NCBI GenBank assembly: GCA_025055455.1
Contig: JANWXD010000020.1
Coordinates: 1,593 to 65,592 of the forward strand
Direction: 5' to 3'
From: Bryobacteraceae bacterium
GTDB lineage: Bacteria > Acidobacteriota > Terriglobia > Bryobacterales > Bryobacteraceae
DNA length: 64,000 nucleotides
Shown here: positions 48,802-57,908 of the stretch, one piece after another
Layout: each line of letters begins with the position of its first letter
Position numbering within the stretch: the stretch's first letter is position 1
Position numbers and translations under genes: made by a program
The notes under the pieces: generated by a model
Told to the model about the DNA's origin: nothing
The model's input: the letters and a program-made list of their open reading frames with translations, nothing else
The model's database searches: none

Positions 48802-49845
48802 ATGCGACTCACGAAGGAATATTCAGGCGGTCAAATGCTCGAAGTCCGAACATTAATCGTCAGTTTGCTTGTACCACCGGCGATTTATTTCTTTGTGAGC
48901 TATGTTTATTTATGCCTCTGGCATGGTACGCCTTGGCTATTCAGCACCGTCGTTCACGAAAACGGACGCTTGACCTTGCTCGGAAGTCTTTTTTATTTCG
49001 ACCACTTCCTAGGCTGCGCCCCCTCGGTCGTCTTCTTGAGCCTTTGTCTGGCCGGAGCCTGCGCTTGGAACACGGCAGGATATCAAGTCGCGGAGGCCTC
49101 GCGCGCACGCCGGATCGGCCTGGGATTGCTCGCCGCCGCCTCCATTTTGGTCCTGATTTCCTTCGTCGCCGCGATCCATTTGGCGGGATGGCAACGGACT
49201 GTCGACTACTTGTTCCAGAGCATCGAACGCGATGGGGTCTCGTCGAAGGGCGGCACGTGGAATCTCTTACAGCTGAGCAACATACCCATGGCGCTCGCGG
49301 TCATCGGTATCGTCACGAGCTTCGTCGGCCATGGCGTTCCCGCCGGCGCGCGTGAAACGCGGAGCCAGCGGAACCTTGGCCTGCTCCTGCTCGCTGCCGC
49401 CGCGCTGCTGTCGGCCGCTATGACCTGGTGGAGCTGGCCCGGGGCTGCGGCGTTTGGAAATCCCCGCTGGCTGGCGCACAGTCTCCGCGAGCTGGCCACG
49501 TACCCGCTGACCGCCGTTCCTATCGCCGCGGCGGCCGTTCTGGGCACGGAACGTTGGGCCGCGGGGATCGGCCACGTCCGGCTGAAACTCTCCCCTCCCT
49601 CCGTGCTTCTCATCGCTATTAGCCTTACCATGGCCCTGACTCAATGGCTCCTGGTGGCGCGCGTCGATGTGCTCGCCTTGGCCCAACGGCCGCCATTTGC
49701 ACCGCACGGCTTACCGATCGGCTACTTGCTGGCCTCGCACGTGTTTGAGCACTTCCTTGATTTCCTCTTTTTTGCGATGCTCAGCGGAGGCCTTTACGCC
49801 GCAATTCGCGGGCTGGCTTGCCAGCGCCGACTAGATCGGTCCTGA
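48802..49845 (+). CDS. hypothetical polytopic membrane protein
   Basis: 347-aa ORF with about 8 hydrophobic segments and a visibly lower-GC 5' end. Alternative start at 48835. No family recognised. Confidence 0.5.
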   Translation: MRLTKEYSGGQMLEVRTLIVSLLVPPAIYFFVSYVYLCLWHGTPWLFSTVVHENGRLTLLGSLFYFDHFLGCAPSVVFLSLCLAGACAWNTAGYQVAEASRARRIGLGLLAAASILVLISFVAAIHLAGWQRTVDYLFQSIERDGVSSKGGTWNLLQLSNIPMALAVIGIVTSFVGHGVPAGARETRSQRNLGLLLLAAAALLSAAMTWWSWPGAAAFGNPRWLAHSLRELATYPLTAVPIAAAAVLGTERWAAGIGHVRLKLSPPSVLLIAISLTMALTQWLLVARVDVLALAQRPPFAPHGLPIGYLLASHVFEHFLDFLFFAMLSGGLYAAIRGLACQRRLDRS

Positions 49846-49866
49846 ACCCTTCTTCCCGCGGCGGCT

Positions 49867-51573
49867 TTAGTCAGTGTTCGAAAACCCTGTCTCGAGTGGC
49901 TCTCCTACCGAAGTTTCCGATCGAGCACCGCTGCGAAGCCGGCACACATAAACTTCGCCTCCGCGCAGGGTGCCCCCAAAGCTTCGCTCGACGAGGAAGT
50001 GGTTTTCAACCAATCGCCACATCTCCGGATGGAAACCCCGGAGCTGCGTCGGGAGAGTATAGACGAGCCATAACCCTTGTCCCGACTGGATCCAAAAATA
50101 CAGTTCCTCCGCGGTTTCCACCCCATGCCAGGCTGGGGCGTAGTAACCAGGCAAGGCGATATTGGCCAGACCGACTGTAAGCGCGACCTCTCCTGGCCGC
50201 CGTCGCGCCTCCACGTAATCCCGCGCACCCGTAAAGTCTTGCTTGGGCGCTTCGTAGCATCTCGGCACCATCACGGCCGCAAGGACAACCATGGCGGTGA
50301 GCAGCAGCACCGCTGCCCTCTCATGCGCCGCAGCTGACCCGCCGGGAAGCAATCTGCGCGGAATTTCAACCGCGCCCGAAACGACGCACAGGATCGCAAA
50401 TCCCATCGCGAAGAAAAAGTAACGCGGAAACAAATTCTGCTGGCGTACAGCGAACGTGAAGGCGACCAAAAATATCGGGACGAGCATTGAAAATCCCGCC
50501 GCGGGCTCGCGACGCCAGATTCGCCACAGGCCGTATGCCAACGCAACCGCTGCCAGCGCTACCGACAAGGACCCGGTGAAGGCTCGAGTGAGATTCGCCA
50601 GCGTTTCTGCGATCACCCAAGTCAAATCGCTCCACTCCGACCGCGGCGAGGGCTCGTGCATACCCTCTCGCACGAACTGCGGCAAAGACAACGAATAAAA
50701 CTGCAAGGTCCACGTCGCCGCCAGCGACCACGCAGCCAGCGCTCGCCACTCCAGCCGTCGCTGACGGACTCCAGCCAGCAACCAGAAGCTGACATGAGCC
50801 GCGGTAAGAAATGCCATACTGATGTGCGCCGCAAAACCCCCCGTGGTTGCCACCGCATACGCCAACCACTGTCGAAACTGCGCCGTCTCCAGGGCGTGAA
50901 CCCAGAAGTACGTCGCCGCCACGACGAAAAACAGCAAGGCGGTGTAAGCCCGCGCATTTTGCGAGAACCACACGTGGTGATACGACACGGCCAATAGTGC
51001 GCATGAGAATAACGCATATTTTGTCCCGAGGAGCCTGCGACCCAGAAAAAACAACGGCCAAAGCGAAGCGACGCCAAAGGCCACCGCCGGCAATCGCAGG
51101 GCTGCCGGGCTCTCTCCGAGGGCTAGCGTCGAGATGCGCCCCAGCAGCGAGTACAGCATATGCTGGTTGCCATGTGGAAACAACGTCAAAATCTCCCGGA
51201 ACGGCCGACGGACAAAATCCCGGAGAGTTCCAATCTCATCGAGCCAGAGCGTCGAATCCAGCTGATACACGCGCAGCACAAGGGCAACTGCTGTCAGAAT
51301 TCCGAGCGCGATCCAATCTCGCCGGCTCAGTGTGGATTTCAGAACCCTACCGGTCAGCGTGAACCGCCCTGTCCTCAGCCACCAGGCGCCGGTCAGGAGC
51401 CAGCAGCCGTTTACAAACAGCGTAACCCGCAGCAGGAGGGGACCCCACCCCAGGGCCCCCGTCGCCTCGCCAAGTATCCAGCGCTCCACAACTGCTGGCG
51501 AAACCACCGCAGCCCCCAGCCAGGAAGCAAAACCCGCCGTAAGAGCTGCATAAGTCAGAACCTGTTCCCTCAT
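49867..51573 (-). CDS. GT-C fold glycosyltransferase (PMT_2 / family 39-like)
   Basis: RVYQLDSTLWLDEIGTLRDF (WxDE motif after the first TM) and HMLYSLLGRIS. Polytopic. ATG at 51573 overlaps the upstream stop (ATGA). The longer ORF to 51705 is rejected. Confidence 0.7.
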   Translation of the reverse strand: MREQVLTYAALTAGFASWLGAAVVSPAVVERWILGEATGALGWGPLLLRVTLFVNGCWLLTGAWWLRTGRFTLTGRVLKSTLSRRDWIALGILTAVALVLRVYQLDSTLWLDEIGTLRDFVRRPFREILTLFPHGNQHMLYSLLGRISTLALGESPAALRLPAVAFGVASLWPLFFLGRRLLGTKYALFSCALLAVSYHHVWFSQNARAYTALLFFVVAATYFWVHALETAQFRQWLAYAVATTGGFAAHISMAFLTAAHVSFWLLAGVRQRRLEWRALAAWSLAATWTLQFYSLSLPQFVREGMHEPSPRSEWSDLTWVIAETLANLTRAFTGSLSVALAAVALAYGLWRIWRREPAAGFSMLVPIFLVAFTFAVRQQNLFPRYFFFAMGFAILCVVSGAVEIPRRLLPGGSAAAHERAAVLLLTAMVVLAAVMVPRCYEAPKQDFTGARDYVEARRRPGEVALTVGLANIALPGYYAPAWHGVETAEELYFWIQSGQGLWLVYTLPTQLRGFHPEMWRLVENHFLVERSFGGTLRGGEVYVCRLRSGARSETSVGEPLETGFSNTD

Positions 51574-53051
51574 GTTTGCGGTTTCCAGTTCCTCCAGATG
51601 CCATACAGCAGGGCAGCGGTGAACACGAACAGCGGCAGGGGCGAGAAGCCGTTCTCGATATATTGCGGCACCAAGCCTTCGATGCGAGACATAACCACGA
51701 GCCACGGGAGCTGGAAACCGCCTATGAATACGTGAAGCAGGGGTTCCAGAAGGCCATAACCATGTTCCACTTCACGGTACATCGCCATGCACCAGGCCTG
51801 CGTTATGGATAGCAGGCCGATGAAATAAACTGACCGGGGGGATAGACGAAGCAGCGCTAAAGAAACGGGCAAATATAAGAACGGCAGCACGGCGGTCAGA
51901 TATCGAACGCCTGTGTACGATTGCAGCCGACTGTAATGCACGCCTCCGTAAAACAACCATGTGCCGATGCTGACTCCCATGATGAGAAACAGCTCGCGCC
52001 TTCCGAGGACCTCCAGGCGACCGCGAGACGATAAAAACAGCACCAGCCCCACCAGCAGCAAGGGACAGCTAGTGAACAAACCATAGCGGTAATCAAACAG
52101 CGAAGCCACCAGAAGCTCCGGATGGGGCCATGTAAGCCCTTGGTAACCTTGGCCGCTCCAATGCACCGGAGGCATCCAGTGCTGCGCCGGGTAGAAGGGA
52201 TGTCCAAAACTGCGCCACTGGTAGAACCACAGCAGTAAGATCGGACCGGCCGCCCCGGCCAGGAATGCGCTCAACCGACGCTCCCGCTGCACGGTGGCAT
52301 AGAGGAACAGGCCGGCCAGGAGCACCACCCCCCCGTAGTCGAACAATACGGCCGCGCCTCCGGCCATGCCCGCCAGCGCGTGCCGCCACTGGGTGCTCAG
52401 CGCGAGGCTGCCGCCCGGATTCCACAATGCCAGAAATCCCAAGAACGCGAAATGGCCCAACATGAGGTTGTGGTTGAGCGTGCCGGTGCGGAAGAACACC
52501 GGCGTGCCGAAGGCGTACAGCAGCGCGAGCCACAAGGCGGTTCGTTCGTTGGCGAGCAATCGCCCCAACAGCCAGAACATCGCAACCACCGCGACGGCAG
52601 AGATCGGAGCCATGGCGAACGCCTGCATCACGAACGCCGCCAAGCCAAACTTCACGTCGAACCCCCGCTTCCAAGCCTCCCGATAGAAGTCCCGCGCCAT
52701 CGCCAGGGGTGAATGATAGGAAGGCGGGCGGTTTACAGGCGACCTCGCCCGCCGCCCGTTTACCTCCTTCACGATCCGATCCGTAAGTGGGCGAAACAGT
52801 GTGTACGGTATCGCCGCCACCATGGACGCGCCGGGGTTGGAGTTGATGTGCCACCCGTAGCCGGGTTTTTCGAACAGATCCGGGTGCAGTCCGGCGTATT
52901 CGTCCACGCGGAACGAGAAGTGGTCGCCGATAGCTAGAGCCAGAAAAATCTCGCGCACAGTGTTCGTGGCGAAATGCAAGACGTAGATCAGCCAGCAAGT
53001 GAGAAAGAGGCGCCATGCAGTCGCCCGGAAATTGCGATCGCTGCCAGTCAT
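51570..53051 (-). CDS. polytopic membrane protein, possible GT-C-type glycosyltransferase or polymerase
   Basis: 493 aa, more than 10 hydrophobic segments. Loop 1 is HFSFRVDEYAGLHPDLF (DE motif). Family not securely recognised. Confidence 0.5.
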   Translation of the reverse strand: MTGSDRNFRATAWRLFLTCWLIYVLHFATNTVREIFLALAIGDHFSFRVDEYAGLHPDLFEKPGYGWHINSNPGASMVAAIPYTLFRPLTDRIVKEVNGRRARSPVNRPPSYHSPLAMARDFYREAWKRGFDVKFGLAAFVMQAFAMAPISAVAVVAMFWLLGRLLANERTALWLALLYAFGTPVFFRTGTLNHNLMLGHFAFLGFLALWNPGGSLALSTQWRHALAGMAGGAAVLFDYGGVVLLAGLFLYATVQRERRLSAFLAGAAGPILLLWFYQWRSFGHPFYPAQHWMPPVHWSGQGYQGLTWPHPELLVASLFDYRYGLFTSCPLLLVGLVLFLSSRGRLEVLGRRELFLIMGVSIGTWLFYGGVHYSRLQSYTGVRYLTAVLPFLYLPVSLALLRLSPRSVYFIGLLSITQAWCMAMYREVEHGYGLLEPLLHVFIGGFQLPWLVVMSRIEGLVPQYIENGFSPLPLFVFTAALLYGIWRNWKPQT

Positions 53052-53076
53052 GCCGCTCGCAAAGAGCCGTCTCCGT

Positions 53077-54597
53077 TCACGACTCCCTTTGTGGCCGCGC
53101 AGCGGTCCTGCAGCGGCCTAACAGCTCTCGTTCCGCAAGGAACGCCAGCCCGACGTAAATCACGGCAGAGATCGCCATGGCCGCCGGAACGCTCAGGCGA
53201 TCGGCGGCAAGCCCATAGGCCAGCGCCGAAATTGCCAACGCCGCAAAGGGGCGTCGCACAGCGGGGAGAAATGGGATTCGCGTCAGCCGTCGCTGTACAA
53301 AACCATACGCGCAAGCAAAGTCCACCACGGCGCCCCCCAGCAAGCAGACCACGGCTCCCGAAGCGCCCCAGCGTGGAATGAGCAGTAACCCGCCGGCAGC
53401 GCCGGCCAAAGCGCCCGCGGTGGTACTTGCCAAGAGCCACTTCTGAAGACCAGAGGCGATCAACAAATAGCGGTAGTGGCCACTCAACATGGTGACCGGA
53501 ATCATCCAGGTTAACGCAGCCAGCATCCAGCCGCCTCCTGCGAAGCCGCTTCCGAAGGCCAGCGGCAACACGAAATGCGCCGGCAAGCCAACCAGCAGCA
53601 CCACCGAGAGGCTGCCCCAGGCTGTGACGCGCAGCGAGTCGGTCAGTAGCACCGGCAGCACTCCAGAGGATGCTGCAGCCCGGGAGATCGCCGGAAGCAA
53701 ATTGTAAAAATACAGCCAGACGAACGTATGGAGCGCCATCACGACACGGTGCGACGCCCCGAACCAGCCGAGGGAGGCGTCTGCGCGCCAAAACCCCAGC
53801 ATTGTGGTGGAAAGATACCACATCGAAGCCCAGGTGAGCTCCGCCAAGCCGATCGGCATAGCTTCTGTCAGGCGCCTCCAGGCCGCGCTCCCGCGTGGCA
53901 GAACTCCGAACAGCGAGACACCGAAACGCCGTTTCGCCACAGTCGCACACAAGAGCCCAGCCGCGGCCACCGCCGCGCATTCGATCCAGCCGACCCGCCA
54001 CAGAGGCGTTTCGGCTCTCACCCAAGCCAGCACCAACGCCGCAAACACGCCGTTCCGCACCACGGACGCGGCGGCGACCCAATGCATCTCTTCGCGACCT
54101 TGAAAGTACCACTGCACCAACAGGGGCGATAACAGCAAGCTTGCGCCATAGAGGTACAAAAGATAGCGGACCGCCTGGGGTTTGGGGAGCCATTGGATGC
54201 CTAGAAAGACGATCGCCGCAGAAGCCAACGAGAGCGCCGCCCGGAGCCACACCACTTCGCCGACCAGCCGTTGCGCGGCCCGAGGATTCTTCGCGACCTC
54301 CCGGGCTCCCCAGACACTAAGCCCCATATCCGCGCTGAGGGTAAAGAACGCCATCACCGCCAGCGTGAACTCCAGAAGTCCATACTGTTCCGGACCGAGG
54401 GTGCGGCCCAGATGGGTGAAGGCGGCAAAGTTAAACAGCTTGCCGGTGGCCTCCGCTGCGCTTAGGGTGAGATAATTCCCCGCGCGTCGCAACGAGCCGA
54501 GTGTAGTTTCGGACTCTCCGACGGCAGTGGTCTCCGAGGCGTTAGCAGGCGCGGGATTGGCCTTGTCCGTAACGAAACTCCTCCGTACCTTCGGCAA
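53077..54597 (-). CDS. oligosaccharide/polysaccharide flippase (Wzx-like, MOP superfamily)
   Basis: LSAAEATGKLFNFAAFTHLGRTLGPEQYGLLEFTLAV...WGAREVAKNP and about 12-14 TM segments. The start overlaps the upstream gene by 56 nt and may lie further downstream. Confidence 0.75.
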   Translation of the reverse strand: MPKVRRSFVTDKANPAPANASETTAVGESETTLGSLRRAGNYLTLSAAEATGKLFNFAAFTHLGRTLGPEQYGLLEFTLAVMAFFTLSADMGLSVWGAREVAKNPRAAQRLVGEVVWLRAALSLASAAIVFLGIQWLPKPQAVRYLLYLYGASLLLSPLLVQWYFQGREEMHWVAAASVVRNGVFAALVLAWVRAETPLWRVGWIECAAVAAAGLLCATVAKRRFGVSLFGVLPRGSAAWRRLTEAMPIGLAELTWASMWYLSTTMLGFWRADASLGWFGASHRVVMALHTFVWLYFYNLLPAISRAAASSGVLPVLLTDSLRVTAWGSLSVVLLVGLPAHFVLPLAFGSGFAGGGWMLAALTWMIPVTMLSGHYRYLLIASGLQKWLLASTTAGALAGAAGGLLLIPRWGASGAVVCLLGGAVVDFACAYGFVQRRLTRIPFLPAVRRPFAALAISALAYGLAADRLSVPAAMAISAVIYVGLAFLAERELLGRCRTAARPQRES

Positions 54598-55564
54598 TTC
54601 GTTCCGCCACCAACCAGTCGCGCGTCCTGCGGAGCGCTTCGTCGAGCGGCACCTGAGGACGGTAACCGGTCAGCGAAGCAACTTTCGAGATATCCGGAAC
54701 GCGCCGCTCCATGTCCTCGAACCCTGTCTCGTAAGCCTGATCGTACGGGACATAGTCAATGCCCACGGCCGCCCCCGTAATGGCGATCACACGGCGCGCC
54801 AAGTCTTCGATCGTCACTTCTTCCGGATTGCCGAGATTAAAAATCTCGCCCACTGCCTGGTCCGAGCCCGCCAGACGCAACAGCCACTCCACCACGTCCG
54901 AGACATAGGTGAAGCAACGCGTTTGCCGGCCGGTTCCGTAGACGGTCAGATTCCGGCCGCTCAGTGCCTGACACAGGAACCGCGGCACCACCATCCCGTA
55001 ACGGCCGGTTTGCCGCGGCCCGATCGTATTGAACAGCCGGACGATGACGGTCGGAACTTTCCGCTCGCGCCAGTAGGCCAGCGCCAGGAATTCGTCAATT
55101 ACTTTGCTGGCGGCATAACTCCACCGGGCCTTGGTCGTGGCACCGAAGACTAAGTCGCCGTCTTCGCGGAAGGGCGCATGGTTACTCTTGCCGTAGACCT
55201 CCGACGTCGAGGCCAGGATCACTTTCTTTTTTTTGTGGGACGCCGCCCGCAGAACCGCCTCCGTGCCGGCCACGTTGTTTTCGATGGTGGCCACCGGGCT
55301 GTGGACGATATTGAGAACGCCGACCGAGGCGGCCAGGTGGAATATGATGTCCGCGGCATCCGCCATCTCGGCTAGCGCGCGCGTAGCCAGAACACTCTCC
55401 GGCACGAATTCCAGGCGGGGGTGGCGGCGGAAGCCGGCGATGTTGTGGACGCTGCCGGTGGACAAGTCGTCGAGGATCAGCACGCGGTGGCCCAGGCCGA
55501 GAAGAGCTTCGGCCAAGTGGGAGCCGATGAAACCTGCTCCGCCCGTAATCAGGAAGGCCGGCAC
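54542..55564 (-). CDS. NAD-dependent epimerase/dehydratase (extended SDR; UDP-sugar 4-epimerase/decarboxylase-like)
   Basis: ORF trimmed to the GTG at 55564 (AAGGGAG 5 nt upstream). FLITGGAGFIGSHL, STSEVYG and YAASK (YxxxK). Confidence 0.82.
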   Translation of the reverse strand: MPAFLITGGAGFIGSHLAEALLGLGHRVLILDDLSTGSVHNIAGFRRHPRLEFVPESVLATRALAEMADAADIIFHLAASVGVLNIVHSPVATIENNVAGTEAVLRAASHKKKKVILASTSEVYGKSNHAPFREDGDLVFGATTKARWSYAASKVIDEFLALAYWRERKVPTVIVRLFNTIGPRQTGRYGMVVPRFLCQALSGRNLTVYGTGRQTRCFTYVSDVVEWLLRLAGSDQAVGEIFNLGNPEEVTIEDLARRVIAITGAAVGIDYVPYDQAYETGFEDMERRVPDISKVASLTGYRPQVPLDEALRRTRDWLVAERIAEGTEEFRYGQGQSRAC

Positions 55565-56874
55565 GTTTGCTCCCTTCCGGCAAGGAGGCTCGACGGCACG
55601 GGGGAAAGGCGGGAATTCTCCTCCCACGGCACGGACCCGAACTTTCGCTCCGCCGCCTCCCGAAGGAACCGGAAGTACTGAGTTAGGTGCGCCTCCGTGC
55701 ACCAGTACTCGAGAAAGGCTTGATAACCTTTCTCGCCGAGCTGATCGCGGAGGCCTGGCGAGGCCGCCAGCCGCCGTACCGCTGCCAACAATTCGGCATC
55801 CGTCCGATACACAAACCCTCCCCCACTATCCTCGACGGGCTCCGGCAGCGCGCCCAGATCGCGCACGATCACCGGCGTCTTCCGGGCAAAGGCTTCGATC
55901 GAGATCATGCCAAACGTTTCATAAGTAATCGAAGGAACGATCGCAGCGACGGCATGCACGTAGAAAGCGCCCAGCTGTTTTTGCGAAAGCGGACCCAGGA
56001 ACTTGACGTTCGGCATCGCCGCGGCCATCTTTCGCAATTCCCCCTCGTAAGTCCCCGTGCCGGCGACAAGCAGATCCACTTCGGGCAGCGACCGCCACAA
56101 CGGAATCAGCGTTTGCAAACCCTTGATCTTTTCCAGCCGGCCTACGAACAGAAAGTACGGTCGTTCCTGCGGCCGCGGACCCGGATCCTTCCATTCGCTG
56201 TCCCGCCGTTCGATGAAGTAGGGCAGATGGGCTACCGGCCGCGGGAAGCCACGCTCGGCGTGCATTCGAGCCGTAAAACGGCTCGGCGAAACGAACTGAT
56301 CCACCGCCTGAGCCGCCCGCTGCAAGAGTCCGGTGTAACGCCACAGCTGGGGCGGCCGTTTGCCCAGGATCACGCACGGCAGGCAGTGCGGCTTCTCGCA
56401 AGGCCACCGGTTGAATTTCCAGAGCACGTGCATGGGACAGATGAGCCAGTGCTCGTGCGTGGTGTAGATCTTTACGGAAGGGCCGACCGCATTGTCGAGC
56501 CACAACACCGCCGGACCTAACAAAGAGATATTGTGGAAATGGATCACATCGAAATGCCGCTGGCGCAGCACGTCGCGCAAGAGGCGTCCTTTGAGCCACG
56601 GCCTCCCCGTCTGGTGGCTCAGCAACGGTGAAAGCGCCCCGAAGCGAGATCGCAGCTCGCGGCGAACCACGCCCGGATGCTCCGGGAACTCGACTTCCGG
56701 GGCGGTCGGATGCAACAGGTGGTACGAGTCCCGGCAATGGACCACTTCGACGTAGTGCCCCAGATCCGCCAAGGCGTGCGAGAGCCGGTAGATGTGCATG
56801 GCATCGCCGCCGAAGCTGTAAGGGGGATAGAACGTCGTTACGTGAAGAAAGTTCACCGGCCCCTCAAGAAGCAC
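55549..56874 (-). CDS. glycosyltransferase family 4 (GT-B, group 1)
   Basis: FLHVTTFYPPYSFGGDAMHIYRLSHALADLGHYVEVV N-terminal domain. C-terminal ETFGMISIEAFARKTPVIV (E-x7-E-type motif). Confidence 0.8.
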   Translation of the reverse strand: MLLEGPVNFLHVTTFYPPYSFGGDAMHIYRLSHALADLGHYVEVVHCRDSYHLLHPTAPEVEFPEHPGVVRRELRSRFGALSPLLSHQTGRPWLKGRLLRDVLRQRHFDVIHFHNISLLGPAVLWLDNAVGPSVKIYTTHEHWLICPMHVLWKFNRWPCEKPHCLPCVILGKRPPQLWRYTGLLQRAAQAVDQFVSPSRFTARMHAERGFPRPVAHLPYFIERRDSEWKDPGPRPQERPYFLFVGRLEKIKGLQTLIPLWRSLPEVDLLVAGTGTYEGELRKMAAAMPNVKFLGPLSQKQLGAFYVHAVAAIVPSITYETFGMISIEAFARKTPVIVRDLGALPEPVEDSGGGFVYRTDAELLAAVRRLAASPGLRDQLGEKGYQAFLEYWCTEAHLTQYFRFLREAAERKFGSVPWEENSRLSPVPSSLLAGREQTCRPS

Positions 56875-56921
56875 GTTGTGCGCCTAGGGCGTGTCCGCAA
56901 CATAGTACCATAAACGTTCGA

Positions 56922-57902
56922 CTACGATCCGGGCGATGCTGGGCCGATTGAGGAATCCGGCTTTGCGCTTACGCCGGTCAGGTAGCCTGCTGCTTCGCCC
57001 AAACTCCAAGCACAAGTCAGCAAGAGGGTTAAGGGCAGTGCCCGCAGGAATGCTCCCCTGTTGCGGCGGCGGGCCCAGGTCGTGCGAGCCATGCGGGCCA
57101 TAAGGACGGCGGGCAGCAGAGGGGAAAGCAAAAAGTATACGATCCGGCGCGAGGCGGGTACCCATTGGGTCCGCGAGGCGCCGAAGTGCCTTCCCCAGAT
57201 GAAGCGCTCCAGTAGCGCGCTCCAAAGCCCGAGCCGCACACGCTGCTGATAGACGACGATTTCGGATGAAATCGCCAGCTTCCTGCCCCGCGCCAGCAGC
57301 GCCTGGTTCACCGCCACCTGGTTGAAAGCCTCCCGCCAGACCTCCCGGGTCTCTTCCAGCGCGGCGCGTTTGTAGGACGAATTGGCGTCACTGATCATCC
57401 CGGTCTCTCCGTCGGGCACCGGGTTCTGGTAAGCGGCAAAATCTGAAAAATACACAGCCCAGCTCAGGGTGGTACTTAAACCATTCTCGATGGCGCCTCC
57501 GACCCCGGCGACGTCCTTCTGGTGGGCTCGGACGATGGCAGCGCACCAATCCTCGCGGGGGCGCGCGTGGTCTTCGATCAAGCAGACGATTTCGCCCCGC
57601 GCCGCCGCCAGACCACGTGCCCGCAACTCATTGTGATGCTGATGGCGGCGTCCTAAGCCCCGGTAGCGCGGAAGATCATCCACGGGCAGGAACCGCACTG
57701 CGGGATAGCGCCGTTTGAGGTCCGCGATGGCAGGGATGTGGGCGTGGTGGGGCACGATAATTTCCATCGGCGGAGGGCCCTTCTGACTGTGCAATCCCTC
57801 CAGGCAACGGACAAGATGCGAGCAGTCGTAGGAGGCGTCGGTCGTGTCGCTGACCATAGCCACGACCACCGAAAGCGTGCAGGCCACGGGCTCCACCGGC
57901 AT
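56922..57902 (-). CDS. GT-A (family 2-like) glycosyltransferase with C-terminal membrane helices, atypical acidic motif
   Basis: LSVVVAM...CLEGLHSQ and GEIVCLIEDH in place of DxD. Paralogous to 57909..58799. Confidence 0.6.
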   Translation of the reverse strand: MPVEPVACTLSVVVAMVSDTTDASYDCSHLVRCLEGLHSQKGPPPMEIIVPHHAHIPAIADLKRRYPAVRFLPVDDLPRYRGLGRRHQHHNELRARGLAAARGEIVCLIEDHARPREDWCAAIVRAHQKDVAGVGGAIENGLSTTLSWAVYFSDFAAYQNPVPDGETGMISDANSSYKRAALEETREVWREAFNQVAVNQALLARGRKLAISSEIVVYQQRVRLGLWSALLERFIWGRHFGASRTQWVPASRRIVYFLLSPLLPAVLMARMARTTWARRRNRGAFLRALPLTLLLTCAWSLGEAAGYLTGVSAKPDSSIGPASPGS

Positions 57903-57908
57903 GGCGGG

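Noticed and set aside
52093-54250. Alternative-frame minus-strand ORFs (52093..53016, 53048..54250) inside the glycan locus.
   Set aside because: They overlap the polytopic membrane protein and the Wzx-like flippase in other frames. They lack the hydrophobic periodicity and motifs of the accepted frames.
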